Assembly (NCBI GenBank): GCA_963664815.2
Contig: CAXXHB010000003.1
Span: 2,496,001-2,560,000, forward strand
Reading direction: 5' to 3'
From: Spirochaetota bacterium
GTDB lineage: Bacteria; Spirochaetota; UBA4802; UBA5550
Length of the DNA: 64,000 nucleotides
Part shown: one piece after another, positions 1 to 10,323 of the stretch
Position numbering within the stretch: the first letter of the stretch is position 1
How the letters are laid out: every line of letters begins with the position of its first letter
Translations under genes and position numbers: made by a program
The notes under the pieces: model-generated
Database searches by the model: none
Told to the model about the DNA's origin: nothing
The model's input: the letters and a program-made list of their open reading frames with translations, nothing else

Positions 1-1049
1 AAATCGTTTTTTCTCAGTTGTGAAGCAACATCAAATCCTTTTTCAAGAGATTCTCCGCCTGAATGAATAATATAAACATCAACACCCGGTTCATCTATAT
101 CACTTTCTTCTATAAGAAGAAGCATTCTTTCAATTCCTGCAGCAAATCCAACTCCAGGAGTCGGTTTTCCATCAAACTGTTCAACCAGGTAGTCATATCT
201 CCCACCTCCGGCAAATGCATTCTGACTTCCAAGATTATCTGCTGTGAACTCAAATGTGGTTCGCGTATAGTAATCAAGCCCTCTTACAAGATAATTATCA
301 ATCTTATATTTTATTCCGCTTCTGTCGAGATACATTTTTACCTTTGAAAAATGATCACTGCACCCGCCGCAAATATGCTCAGATATCACAGGCGCTGCTT
401 CCCGCAATGCACGACAGTTTTCTTTTTTGCAATCCAGAAGCCTGAGAGGATTTGTATTCAGTCTTTTCCTGCAATCATCACAAAGCTTATCGGTATGCAG
501 GCTGTAGTACTCTTTGAGTTTTTCGATAAAAGCGCCCCTGCATTCCCTGCATCCGATTGAGTTTAATTGTATTGTATAATTTTCAATTCCTATGCTTTTT
601 GCTATGGAATCCACAACAGAGATAATCTCAAAATCATAATAAGGATCTTCACTGCCAAAAATTTCAGCGCCAAGCTGATTGAACTGACGCAGCCTGCCTC
701 GCTGAGGCTTTTCAGCCCTGAACATCGGTCCATTATAAAAAAACTTGTTGAGCGCAAGCCTGTTGTACTCTCCATTCTCCACATATGCCCTTACAATACC
801 GGCAGTTCCTTCAGGACGAAGTGTAAGGTTCCGGCCTCCCCTGTCTTCAAATGTAAACATCTCTTTTGAAACGATATCAGTATCATCTCCAATACCTCTG
901 GAAAAAACTTCAGTGAATTCCATTATCGGCACTATTAACTCTTTATAATTGAATATCCTGAAAACATTTCTCGCTGCATCAAGTATGAAGTTCCATTTGA
1001 ACACTCTGTCTGGGAATATATCCTCTATTCCAGGCGGTTTACTTATCAT
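1..1049 (-). CDS. hisS: Histidine--tRNA ligase, 3' end runs off the window
   Basis: Manual translation of the - strand from ATG at 1049: MISKPPGIEDIFP...EFTEVFSRGIGDDTDIVSKEMFTFEDRGGRNLTLRPEGTA...GPMFRAEKPQRGRLRQFNQLGAE (class IIa HisRS motifs). Not in the ORF track because it lacks a stop in the window. Confidence 0.95.
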   Translation of the reverse strand, partial: MISKPPGIEDIFPDRVFKWNFILDAARNVFRIFNYKELIVPIMEFTEVFSRGIGDDTDIVSKEMFTFEDRGGRNLTLRPEGTAGIVRAYVENGEYNRLALNKFFYNGPMFRAEKPQRGRLRQFNQLGAEIFGSEDPYYDFEIISVVDSIAKSIGIENYTIQLNSIGCRECRGAFIEKLKEYYSLHTDKLCDDCRKRLNTNPLRLLDCKKENCRALREAAPVISEHICGGCSDHFSKVKMYLDRSGIKYKIDNYLVRGLDYYTRTTFEFTADNLGSQNAFAGGGRYDYLVEQFDGKPTPGVGFAAGIERMLLLIEESDIDEPGVDVYIIHSGGESLEKGFDVASQLRKND

Positions 1050-1051
1050 TA

Positions 1052-2281
1052 TCAATCTCCCCTGTTTTCAAGTCTTCTTCTGAAAACTGCGTCTTTAAAC
1101 ACAGGTTTATCGAACAAAACACGATAAATTTTGTTCGGTCTCCCCATGTCAATTTCACCATCTTCAAAATAAATTTTTAAAACCCTGTATTTGTCATCAA
1201 GTATCACATCTTTTATTGGATAAATTCCGTCAAGAACTTCATCTTTATAAATTGGATTAAAAGTTTTTATTATTACTTCATTTGAAGCAGTACTATCATC
1301 ATCTCTATATGCAACAAAAAGCGCATTGTTTATATATGGCACTCCATCATATCCCATTTTATCAAATTCATTAAAAAGATCTGTCGTATATGGCCTGTGG
1401 CTTATCAGGTTCAGTTCATCAAGCCAGAAAGGAAGAAATCGTTTAAATTCATCCGTCCCCGCAAGCTGTACAGCATGCTTATAGATTCTTGTGGTATTCG
1501 CTGCATGATATATCGATTTCATCCGTCCTTCAATTTTAAATGCATCAACGCCTGCATCAATATACTCCTCCAGTCTCTCAATCAGACAGAGATCCTTTGA
1601 TGACATTATTTCAGTACCACGGGGATGTTCAACTAATGGAAGAAAGTCACCCTCCCTCTTTTCTTCCATCAGATAATATTTCCATCTGCATGGTTGCGAA
1701 CAGTCCCCACGATTGGCATCTCCCCCCTGCAGGTATCTGCTTAAAAGACATCGTCCTGAATAGGCAATACATAAAGCACCATGAGCAAAAACCTCAATCT
1801 CCGCACCGGTATTTCTCTTTATCGTCCTTATCTCTTCAACAGTAGCCTCCCTGGCCAGAACTATACGCTTAAATCCTGCATCCATCCAGAACTTTACTGA
1901 ATAACTGTTTAATGTACTCATCTGTGTTGAAAGGTGAAAATCAGCATCAATTCCTGTCTGTTTTAATATCTGCAGCATCCCAGGATCGGAAATCATAACT
2001 GAATCAAATCCGAGATCCCTGATCTTTTCCGCATATTGAAAAGCGGCATCGACATCACCTTCATGAAGAAAAGCATTCATAAGAAACGTTGTCTTCACAC
2101 CTGCTTCTTTACAGTATGCTATTCCTGATTTTATATCTTCATATGTAAAATTTCCAGCTTTGACCCTTAGATTGAATTCATCTCCTCCGAAATAGACATT
2201 GTCCGCACCGTACTTAACAGCGAAGATCATCTTCTCAAGATTACCGGCCGGTGAAACTATCTGTATCTTTTCAGTTTTCAT
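1052..2281 (-). CDS. Peptidase U32 family protein (TrhP-like tRNA hydroxylation)
   Basis: SPAG, HLSTQ, HGALCIAYSGRC, NRGDCSQPCRW and FKIEGRMK motifs. Confidence 0.9.
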   Translation of the reverse strand: MKTEKIQIVSPAGNLEKMIFAVKYGADNVYFGGDEFNLRVKAGNFTYEDIKSGIAYCKEAGVKTTFLMNAFLHEGDVDAAFQYAEKIRDLGFDSVMISDPGMLQILKQTGIDADFHLSTQMSTLNSYSVKFWMDAGFKRIVLAREATVEEIRTIKRNTGAEIEVFAHGALCIAYSGRCLLSRYLQGGDANRGDCSQPCRWKYYLMEEKREGDFLPLVEHPRGTEIMSSKDLCLIERLEEYIDAGVDAFKIEGRMKSIYHAANTTRIYKHAVQLAGTDEFKRFLPFWLDELNLISHRPYTTDLFNEFDKMGYDGVPYINNALFVAYRDDDSTASNEVIIKTFNPIYKDEVLDGIYPIKDVILDDKYRVLKIYFEDGEIDMGRPNKIYRVLFDKPVFKDAVFRRRLENRGD

Positions 2282-2314
2282 TAAGCAGTCCCATGATAAT
2301 TTCCTGTTATGATC

Positions 2315-3241
2315 TCATTTGAATTTCACATCCGCTATTATCCTGTCCATATTCGGAACGGTAAGATTATCCGGTGTTTTTTTACCCCTTACCGGATAAG
2401 CTCCCATTCCGGCAAGAATTTTTTTATTTCCCAGGGCACTTGCAGGGTACTCTGAATATTCGGTCGTGTAGAGCGGAATTTTCAGGCTCTGAGCAGATTT
2501 TGCTGCTTCAAAAATCCCACCCTCTTCAGGAGACTCGACAATAAAAACAGCATATGATAATGCGCAGATTATTTTATTCCGGGTAAATGCACTATATTTG
2601 TCTGCGGCCTCTTCCGGATAAAAAACTGATACAACAAGAAACCGCTCTTTGTCATAAATTGATTTAATCATATCCGGAATGCTGAACTTGAAAATTCCGT
2701 ATGGAAGAAACGCTATTGTATAACCGCCATATTCAAGCGCTGACCTGTGGGCGGCCATTTCTGCTCCTTTAGCAAATCCGCTGATAACCATTATGTCATG
2801 CTCGACAAGATCCTTTGCAGCCATATATGATATAAATTCACCCCTGCTGCTGACATTACTGTCGCCCAGTATCGCCACACCTTTTTTTTTCAACAGCTGC
2901 AGATTCCCGTATGTATATAATATTGGCGGAATATCGCTGCCAAGGATTTTGTTTAGCCTTTCAGGGTATCCGCCGGAATAAAATGCAGTCACAGTTATTC
3001 CAGCATCAATAATTTTCTGATATTCCTCTGCCACTGATGGTAAAATATCTATTGCATTCATTATAGCAGAGAGGTTTTTTGAACTGAAACTAAATTCATT
3101 TTTAATTTCACCTTCAGTGAGTTCAAAAATATCAGAAAGAGATATTCCGGCGTCGGAAACCATCCTGTAAATTTCTTTTAAATTCACAGGCCCCATCCCC
3201 TCTGCTCTTTCCAGCGCTATCCAGTATTTATTGCTGTTCAT
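2315..3241 (-). CDS. dprA: DNA-processing protein DprA/Smf
   Basis: YPERL..PPILY.GN, ISGFAKG, AHRSAL, RNKII..LS, VES motifs. Confidence 0.85.
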   Translation of the reverse strand: MNSNKYWIALERAEGMGPVNLKEIYRMVSDAGISLSDIFELTEGEIKNEFSFSSKNLSAIMNAIDILPSVAEEYQKIIDAGITVTAFYSGGYPERLNKILGSDIPPILYTYGNLQLLKKKGVAILGDSNVSSRGEFISYMAAKDLVEHDIMVISGFAKGAEMAAHRSALEYGGYTIAFLPYGIFKFSIPDMIKSIYDKERFLVVSVFYPEEAADKYSAFTRNKIICALSYAVFIVESPEEGGIFEAAKSAQSLKIPLYTTEYSEYPASALGNKKILAGMGAYPVRGKKTPDNLTVPNMDRIIADVKFK

Positions 3242-3306
3242 AATTGGCGTATCATAATCATCAAATAATAATTATTCCTTAATTTTTTATAACATAAAAC
3301 CCTTTA

Positions 3307-3395
3307 TTCTCTTCTCCGCCAAAAGCGGCGGAAAGATATAATCGCTTATTCTTTATACCAAAACATATGATAAGGAATTATTACTGATCATCAAT
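3307..3395. repeat. Intergenic hairpin-containing repeat, copy 1 (copy 2 at 13457-13541)
   Basis: CCGCC-AAAAGC-GGCGG hairpin followed by AGATATAATCG...AATTATTACTG, shared with 13457-13541. Confidence 0.65.
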
Positions 3396-3533
3396 ATATA
3401 TAATATATATTTTTCTTTTATCAGTAAAGTTTACGGTTGTTTCAGCCTGATTCATGCCGCTGCGAAGCATATTTACTATTTTCAGATAAGATTGTTCTTA
3501 AGTATTCAACTATTTTAATACGGAACAATATCC

Positions 3534-3884
3534 CTATCTCTGAGGATTTTTAATTCTTTCCTGAATATTATTTATTAAATCCAGATACTCCCGCTGTACA
3601 AGAATATGATCTTTAACAGTTTTGTTTTTTTCAAACTCATCTTTCAAAATTTCAAGTTCCGCTCTTCCGATTGATGAATCTTCATCTGCCCGAACCTGAT
3701 TTTTTATCACACCGCCAATTTTTATCAGCTCAGCAAGAATCCTCTGGGCTGCTGCATCATGTTTCATTCTTTCAAGACTTTCCCTGTATCTTACGGTAAT
3801 TTCATGATTTTCAATCAATCCCGCAAGTTCCTTTGCCTTCTCTATGATTGCTTCATATTTTTCCATTTTATTACCATAATACAT
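3534..3884 (-). CDS. YlbF/YmcA-like helical protein
   Basis: 116 aa, 'KAKELAGLI' start, all-helical pattern. Confidence 0.55.
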   Translation of the reverse strand: MYYGNKMEKYEAIIEKAKELAGLIENHEITVRYRESLERMKHDAAAQRILAELIKIGGVIKNQVRADEDSSIGRAELEILKDEFEKNKTVKDHILVQREYLDLINNIQERIKNPQR

Positions 3885-4797
3885 CCATTGGATTTAAGAG
3901 TTCCCCGTTATGCCACAGTGTAAAATGAAGATGAGGACCGGTTGATAATCCGGTAGAACCGACTCTCCCCAGAAGCTTTCCTGCCTTAACCCGTTCACCA
4001 TTTTTTGCATAAATCTGCGACATATGCCCATACATTGTTTTATATCCATTATCATGCTGAATTATTACAGCTTTACCATAACTGCCATTCCATCCTGCTG
4101 TTATAACAACTCCCTCTCTCGCAGCACCTATATATGTTCCATAAGGAGCCGCGATGTCAAGCCCGTTATGAAACATGGTAGTCCTGTAAACAGGATGTTT
4201 CCTGTTACCAAAAAATGAACTAAGCCTCCCACCAAGAGGTGACCTGAACATCTGTCTCAGCCTGAATTTATCTGCCAGACTAGCTGTCATATTATCAGTT
4301 CTTGGTCTTGCATCTTTGATAAATACAGCTATGGGGGGTCTCTCCTTAAAAAATACAGAATATAGGGGATACAGCAACGGCTGTTTTTGAACAACTAAAT
4401 CGCCTGCAGATACTCCATGTGCATCAGAGAGTTCTTTGATGCTACCAGGATTGTTAACAAACTCAATTGTACCCGGTTCAGAGGGAACTATTACTGTCTG
4501 ATTTGTCCTCGCGCGCAGGTCCTCCCAGAAAATATTAATCCCTATTAATGTATCAATATCCACTTTATATTCTTTTGCTATTTTCCAGAAATTATTCCCT
4601 TTTGATATAGTAACATAATACAATTTAATATTTTCAAACTCAACATTCACTTTCATATAATTAATATAATTTTCTTCAGTTTTAAAAAATGAGCGGATAT
4701 CAGGTGTTATGTCTCTTCTTTTATTACTTTGACAAAAACATAAAATTCCTGAAATGGTTATAACTACAAGGGTAAATAAAACTATTTTCTTATACAT
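3871..4797 (-). CDS. LysM plus M23 family peptidoglycan endopeptidase
   Basis: HNGLD, YGHM and STGPHLHF motifs; LysM-like KGNNFWKIAKEY. Confidence 0.92.
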   Translation of the reverse strand: MYKKIVLFTLVVITISGILCFCQSNKRRDITPDIRSFFKTEENYINYMKVNVEFENIKLYYVTISKGNNFWKIAKEYKVDIDTLIGINIFWEDLRARTNQTVIVPSEPGTIEFVNNPGSIKELSDAHGVSAGDLVVQKQPLLYPLYSVFFKERPPIAVFIKDARPRTDNMTASLADKFRLRQMFRSPLGGRLSSFFGNRKHPVYRTTMFHNGLDIAAPYGTYIGAAREGVVITAGWNGSYGKAVIIQHDNGYKTMYGHMSQIYAKNGERVKAGKLLGRVGSTGLSTGPHLHFTLWHNGELLNPMDVLW

Positions 4798-4804
4798 AAA
4801 ATCC

Positions 4805-4851
4805 CTGATTTTATAAATATTTTTTTATAATAAAAATATTTATAAAATCAG
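4805..4851. other. Perfect 19-bp-arm AT-rich inverted repeat upstream of the M23 gene
   Basis: CTGATTTTATAAATATTTT...AAAATATTTATAAAATCAG. Confidence 0.6.
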
Positions 4852-5001
4852 TCAAATAAAAAATCCGGCTACTGTGATTATTTCCAGAAAGTCGGATTTT
4901 TGCAGTACAGACAGATTATTTATTAAACAAATACAGTTTCTTAAAGAGTCATGAACTATTATTAAAAATCCCGACATTATACCGCCGGGATTTTATAATT
5001 T

Positions 5002-5559
5002 TTATTTACTCTTCAGTTTTATTGATTCGACCAGATCGACAAAAAGACCGTAGAATTTTTTCAGCTCATCCTTATCGCGCAGCGGGCGTGGATCGGGATA
5101 ACCACCCTTGATAATATCTTTTATATAATTTGACATAACATAAATTGGTCCGGATATTCTATGCGTTATCCTTATAATCATTATAAACAATATAAAACCC
5201 TGGAAAATTACGCAAATTATCATAGCTACAAGAAGATACCTGTTATATTCAGCCAGCTTGTTAATATTATTGAGATTCGTATTATGATTCCTGATAAGCA
5301 TATCGACAGTTGTTTTATAATCACTATTGATATGCTCATTAATATTTGTTGCCTGCATTAACTGGAAAATATTATCTTCAATCTGATATATATTGTTTAT
5401 TTTTTCATTATTATATACAACAAATGCTGCTATTGATGACAGTATAATAATTGAAACCGACGCCACAACTCCGATAATAGAAAAAGCGGTTCTCAGCTGA
5501 AATTCCTTATCTATCAAATATTTTTTTCTTTTAGCCATATATAACCAACCTGATTTCAA
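5002..5559 (-). CDS. Two-TM membrane protein with a HAMP-like C-terminus
   Basis: Two hydrophobic segments; THRISGPI...LRDKDEL. Confidence 0.7.
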   Translation of the reverse strand: MKSGWLYMAKRKKYLIDKEFQLRTAFSIIGVVASVSIIILSSIAAFVVYNNEKINNIYQIEDNIFQLMQATNINEHINSDYKTTVDMLIRNHNTNLNNINKLAEYNRYLLVAMIICVIFQGFILFIMIIRITHRISGPIYVMSNYIKDIIKGGYPDPRPLRDKDELKKFYGLFVDLVESIKLKSK

Positions 5560-5700
5560 ATAATATAATCTAAATTTTAAAATTACAAAATATAATAATT
5601 GATCCTGTCCGTAAAATACTTTTTAATATCTGAAACATAATCAGAATATCTGAATTGTTATACATATTATTTCAGAAAAAATATTTTTTATAACAAATTA

Positions 5701-6294
5701 TCAATACAAAATCTTTTCCGCTCCTGCCTGTTTTACCATTCTGAAAAAAAGCCGCAATGGAAATCCGATTACATTGGTCATGGAACCACTGACAGACTTT
5801 ACAAGCATTTCTCCATGCTCCTGTATTGCATAGGATCCGGCTTTATCGCCATAATCAACAATTTCAAGATATCCTCTGACAGTATTGTCATCGAGATTCA
5901 TAAATTCCACAGATGTTTTTTCAGAATCATAGATTCTTACAAATTCATCTCCATTTCTGAACGCAATACATAAACCTGTAACTACAAAATGCTCTCTCCC
6001 TGAAAGCATATGAAGCATTGATACAGCATCTTCTTCAGAACATGGCTTTCCCAGTATTTTGCCGTTTATTGAAACAATAGTATCTGAGGTTATAATAAAA
6101 CATTCTTCCGGAAAATTTTCACAGGAGATAATTCTGTCCATTTTTAAGTTTGTTATTCTTTCGGTATAGTTATCCGGCATTTCATCATCATTCAGTTTTT
6201 CATCAACAGAGGGAGATATAACCTGAACAGTTCCGAAAATACCTTCAATAATATTTTTTCTTCTGGGCGAACCCGATCCAAGGATTATTTTCAC
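5701..6294 (-). CDS. maf: Maf family nucleoside triphosphate pyrophosphatase
   Basis: ILGSGSPRR, SDTIV, ILGKP, DKAGSYAIQ, NVIGFP motifs. Confidence 0.93.
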   Translation of the reverse strand: MKIILGSGSPRRKNIIEGIFGTVQVISPSVDEKLNDDEMPDNYTERITNLKMDRIISCENFPEECFIITSDTIVSINGKILGKPCSEEDAVSMLHMLSGREHFVVTGLCIAFRNGDEFVRIYDSEKTSVEFMNLDDNTVRGYLEIVDYGDKAGSYAIQEHGEMLVKSVSGSMTNVIGFPLRLFFRMVKQAGAEKILY

Positions 6295-8342
6295 TATTTC
6301 ATTATAACCTTTTCATTGATTTTATATACATTGGTTACACTTTTTATTTTTTTTATCCGTTTGAGTATATCCGTAAGATGTTCATTGCTTGTGACTTCAA
6401 GAATAAACTTAAGCACAGCTTTTCCGTTTCCTGATGACTGTGCTTCTACCTTTAAAATATTCGATTTTGCCAGTGATATTTCATCTGTAACATCTTTTAA
6501 AAGATTTGGCCTGTCAATAGATTCAACTGTCATTTTAATAGGATATTTATTCCCCTCATCTTTATCCCAGATAATGTGAATAAACCTTTCTTTCTCCAGG
6601 CTGAGACGTTCAATCGAAGGACATGAAACTTTGTGTATTGTAACCCCGCGACCGCGTGTAATGAAACCTATTACCTCATCTCCAGGTATGGGCTGACAAC
6701 ACTGCGCAAGCTTTATAAGTACATTGCTGTTGCCTTCTATGCTTATGCCGATTTTACCTGTCTTGCCTAAATTTCTGACCCTTATCTGCTCATCTTCAGG
6801 AATGGAAACTCTCGCCTTTTTAACTTCCTTTTTTCTTTCCTCTTTTCTTTTAAGCTCTTCCTCTGTTTTTACAAATTCATCACTATGCTTTTTCAGCCAG
6901 TTTCTTATTTTATATCTTGCATTTCCCGATTTAACTATCTTCAGCCATGCTTCTGCCGGATGTGAATTTTTAGATGTTATTATCTCGATAATTTCGCCAC
7001 TTTTAAGCTTAGTTCTTAACGGTATAAGTTTATTGTTCACTTTCGCTCCGGAGCAGCGGTTTCCCACCTCAGTGTGAATAGCATAAGCAAAATCAATCGG
7101 AGTTGATCCGGAGGGTAGTTTAATGATCTCCCCCTTGGGCGTGAAAACAAAAATTTCATCCTCATAAAGATCCATTTTTACAGTTGAAACGAAATCCCGT
7201 GTGTTCATTGCATCAATGCTGATACTGTCAAGATTAGTAAGAATCGACAGGTTCTTATAATCATTCTTTATAATCTTCTCCTTGTCTTTGTAAATCCAGT
7301 GAGCAGCAATACCCATCTCCGCCGTTGCATCCATATCCTTAGTTCTTATCTGCACTTCAAGAGGAAATCCTTCAGGTCCTATTACTGTTGTGTGAAGCGA
7401 CTGGTACATATTCGATTTAGGTACAGCTATATAATCTTTAAATCTTCCTTCTACAGGGGACCATATTGAATGTATTACTCCCAGAATGGCATAGCAGTCT
7501 TTCATTTCATCAGTAAGAAGCCTGATTCCTCTTATATCATATATATCATCAAATGACTTATTGCTTAAAACCATTTTCCTGTAGATCGAATAAAAACTTT
7601 TAGCCCTGCCCTTGATCTCTACATTTATTTTAAGCTCCGCCAGTTTATTGTTTATTATATATCTCACATTTTCAAGATACGATTCAACCTCTGACTGCCT
7701 CTGGGCTATTTTTCTTTTTATTTCATTAAACTCATCCCTGTATAATACATGAAAAGAGAGATCCTCCAGTTCTGTTGCAAGTCTTGATATGCCTAGCCTT
7801 CTTGCAATAGGTGCATATATATCAAGAGTCTCCTTTGCAATTCTCTGCTGTTTATATTCAGGCTGAAACATTATTGTACGCATGTTGTGCTGCTTATCGG
7901 CAAGTTTAATTATGATAACCCTTACATCTTTAACAGTTGCCAGCAGCATTTTTCTCAGAGTTTCAGCCTGTGCATGTGATTTTGAACGGTTTTTCAACGA
8001 TGAAATTTTTGTCACTCCATCTACCAGCATTGCAACTTCATCATTAAATTCTTTGGCGAGAAAATCCTTTGAATGTTCTGTATCTTCCACAACATCATGA
8101 AGCAGGGCAGCACATATGGTTGTTGTATCAAGGCGAAGCATAGCAAGAGTAATTGCAACTTCCAGCGGATGTATAATATATGGTTCTCCGGAGAGGCGAG
8201 TCTGCCCCTCATGAGCTTTATATGCGACATCATACGCTTTTTTTACGATCTCAACATCAGATTCGTTATTATTTTTTCGTATTAAATCAATTAATGTCGC
8301 TATGTCCCTCTGCCGTATTTTGAATTCAAATTCAGTTATCAT
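6294..8342 (-). CDS. relA: Bifunctional (p)ppGpp synthetase/hydrolase (RelA/SpoT)
   Basis: HD domain (LLHDVVED), synthetase (YQSLHT, EVQIRT), TGS, CC and ACT domains. Confidence 0.96.
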   Translation of the reverse strand: MITEFEFKIRQRDIATLIDLIRKNNNESDVEIVKKAYDVAYKAHEGQTRLSGEPYIIHPLEVAITLAMLRLDTTTICAALLHDVVEDTEHSKDFLAKEFNDEVAMLVDGVTKISSLKNRSKSHAQAETLRKMLLATVKDVRVIIIKLADKQHNMRTIMFQPEYKQQRIAKETLDIYAPIARRLGISRLATELEDLSFHVLYRDEFNEIKRKIAQRQSEVESYLENVRYIINNKLAELKINVEIKGRAKSFYSIYRKMVLSNKSFDDIYDIRGIRLLTDEMKDCYAILGVIHSIWSPVEGRFKDYIAVPKSNMYQSLHTTVIGPEGFPLEVQIRTKDMDATAEMGIAAHWIYKDKEKIIKNDYKNLSILTNLDSISIDAMNTRDFVSTVKMDLYEDEIFVFTPKGEIIKLPSGSTPIDFAYAIHTEVGNRCSGAKVNNKLIPLRTKLKSGEIIEIITSKNSHPAEAWLKIVKSGNARYKIRNWLKKHSDEFVKTEEELKRKEERKKEVKKARVSIPEDEQIRVRNLGKTGKIGISIEGNSNVLIKLAQCCQPIPGDEVIGFITRGRGVTIHKVSCPSIERLSLEKERFIHIIWDKDEGNKYPIKMTVESIDRPNLLKDVTDEISLAKSNILKVEAQSSGNGKAVLKFILEVTSNEHLTDILKRIKKIKSVTNVYKINEKVIMK

Positions 8343-8533
8343 ATATTCAATATAATTTACAGTTGCATTAAATTGCAGAAATTATTATTAAAACTTAAAA
8401 TTTTTAAAGATCATCAAGTCAAGACATATATTATTTATCTCCATATTTTGAATTAAAATTTTTTTAAGTTTAAATTTTACTAAAGATTTCCCTCTTCAAT
8501 TACGATAATAAAAAAAAATATAATCGCAACAAC

Positions 8534-10249
8534 GTGATAATGCATATTAACCGCGAAATGAAAATAATACTTCTGCTAGTTACCGCTCTTTTTATTAAGA
8601 GTGGTACTGAAGCACAGCCGGTGTCCCTCCCGCCATACATCGCGACAGATATAAAAACTGAAAGAATTAAATTCTCGAATGAATCAGTAAAAATCACATG
8701 GAAAATGGATAAAAATTATTCGGGTGATTTTATTCTAGGCCGTAGTGAAAAGGAAATTTCATCCATCGATGATGCATTACAGGCAAAACTCATAGGTATA
8801 TACAATTCCAGCATGAACGGTATACATATAGATCTCGACATACAGCAGGGAAAAAAATATTATTATATAATTCTCGCCAAAGACTATCTTCTTAAACGGA
8901 ACATCGATATCATCAGGAATTCGAATTATACCCCCGACCCCTTCTCTCTTTATGCTGAACCGGATCCAGTAGAATCAATAAAAGTCAACGTTTCTGAAAC
9001 AACTAAAATTCTCATACGCTGGAATAAAAGCAGGGGAAGCAGCATCAGGTATAATCTCTACAGAAGCAGAAGTTCCATCTCATCGCCGGGAGAACTTGAA
9101 GTTGCTGAAAAAATATCAACTACAGATAAAAATGAATTTACCGATTCTTCAGTACCGGATTACGGGAGCTATTTTTATGCTGTAACAATAACTGATAAAA
9201 ACGGAATTGAATATTTTAATCCGAAGAAAGACCAGAATTATACATCAACCGGAATATATCTTAAAGGCAAGTCCTTTGCCTCTCCATTAAATGTGGAGGC
9301 ATTTAATGGAGATAAACATTCAATTATTGTTAAATGGGAAAAATCTGAATCCAGAACCGGTAAAGAGCTTCAGGGTTATGAGATTTACCGATCAGATGAA
9401 ATTATCAATACACTCCTTAAATTAAAATTTTCAAAACTAATCCGGATAGTTGACACCAGTACAATAATTTATACTGATAAAGATCTGAATCCCGGAAAAT
9501 ATTATTATGCCGTATTTTCAAGATATAGTGACGGAACTGTTGATATAAATTTTGATACAGATTCAAATTATACCAAGACACCACTGATGATTACTCAGCC
9601 ATATAAAATTGTTTCAGTTAAACATGAGATTGTTGATAAAAAAACAGTTATTAAATGGAATTATTCCGGCAATACCGGCAATGAGATTGTAACTGTTTTT
9701 AAATCGATAAAAATTCCGGCGAACTCTGCAGTTATACCAAATGAAGACATAATAGGGACAGAAAATGTTAAAGCTGAAAAATTTACCATAGAAACTCCAT
9801 CGCAGGGATCCTTTTATTATGGTATACTGTGCAGAAATGACAATGAAACTATAAAGATCGCTAAAGGTATAAATATAACAGCTAAACCTGTAGAAAGCGG
9901 ATCGGGAGTCATTTCCGAAAAAGAGTATAAAAAAAATAAACCTTCCGATGCTAAAAATCTTTTTAAAGAAGAGGATCTTAATTTCGAAGGTAGTGATCTG
10001 GATTATATAATATATAATACTTATTACAAAGGGAAGTTTTCTCTTGCTTTAAAAGAATTGAAAAATTACATGTCAACAACCGACAATAAATACGATCAGT
10101 CGAAAGCTAAACTTTTTATTGCGAAAACTTATATAGAAATGCATGAATATCAGAAAAGCATCAACCTGCTTGAAGATAACGATGTGAAAACTGCTTTTCC
10201 TGACGAATCAAAATTCTGGACTGAATTCGCAATTGTCAGGTTAAAATAG
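8534..10249 (+). CDS. Exported fibronectin type III repeat protein
   Basis: Signal-like N-terminus, repeated W...Y.LYRS...YYAV FN3 patterns, helical C-terminus. Confidence 0.7.
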   Translation: MIMHINREMKIILLLVTALFIKSGTEAQPVSLPPYIATDIKTERIKFSNESVKITWKMDKNYSGDFILGRSEKEISSIDDALQAKLIGIYNSSMNGIHIDLDIQQGKKYYYIILAKDYLLKRNIDIIRNSNYTPDPFSLYAEPDPVESIKVNVSETTKILIRWNKSRGSSIRYNLYRSRSSISSPGELEVAEKISTTDKNEFTDSSVPDYGSYFYAVTITDKNGIEYFNPKKDQNYTSTGIYLKGKSFASPLNVEAFNGDKHSIIVKWEKSESRTGKELQGYEIYRSDEIINTLLKLKFSKLIRIVDTSTIIYTDKDLNPGKYYYAVFSRYSDGTVDINFDTDSNYTKTPLMITQPYKIVSVKHEIVDKKTVIKWNYSGNTGNEIVTVFKSIKIPANSAVIPNEDIIGTENVKAEKFTIETPSQGSFYYGILCRNDNETIKIAKGINITAKPVESGSGVISEKEYKKNKPSDAKNLFKEEDLNFEGSDLDYIIYNTYYKGKFSLALKELKNYMSTTDNKYDQSKAKLFIAKTYIEMHEYQKSINLLEDNDVKTAFPDESKFWTEFAIVRLK

Positions 10250-10323
10250 TATTATATAAACAAGTCGGCAATAATTGCTTTAATATAACAGTATCAATAA
10301 TAAGATTTCAGGAGTGAATTCAA

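Noticed and set aside
63-948. Several + strand ORFs at the window start
   Set aside because: Antisense shadows of hisS.
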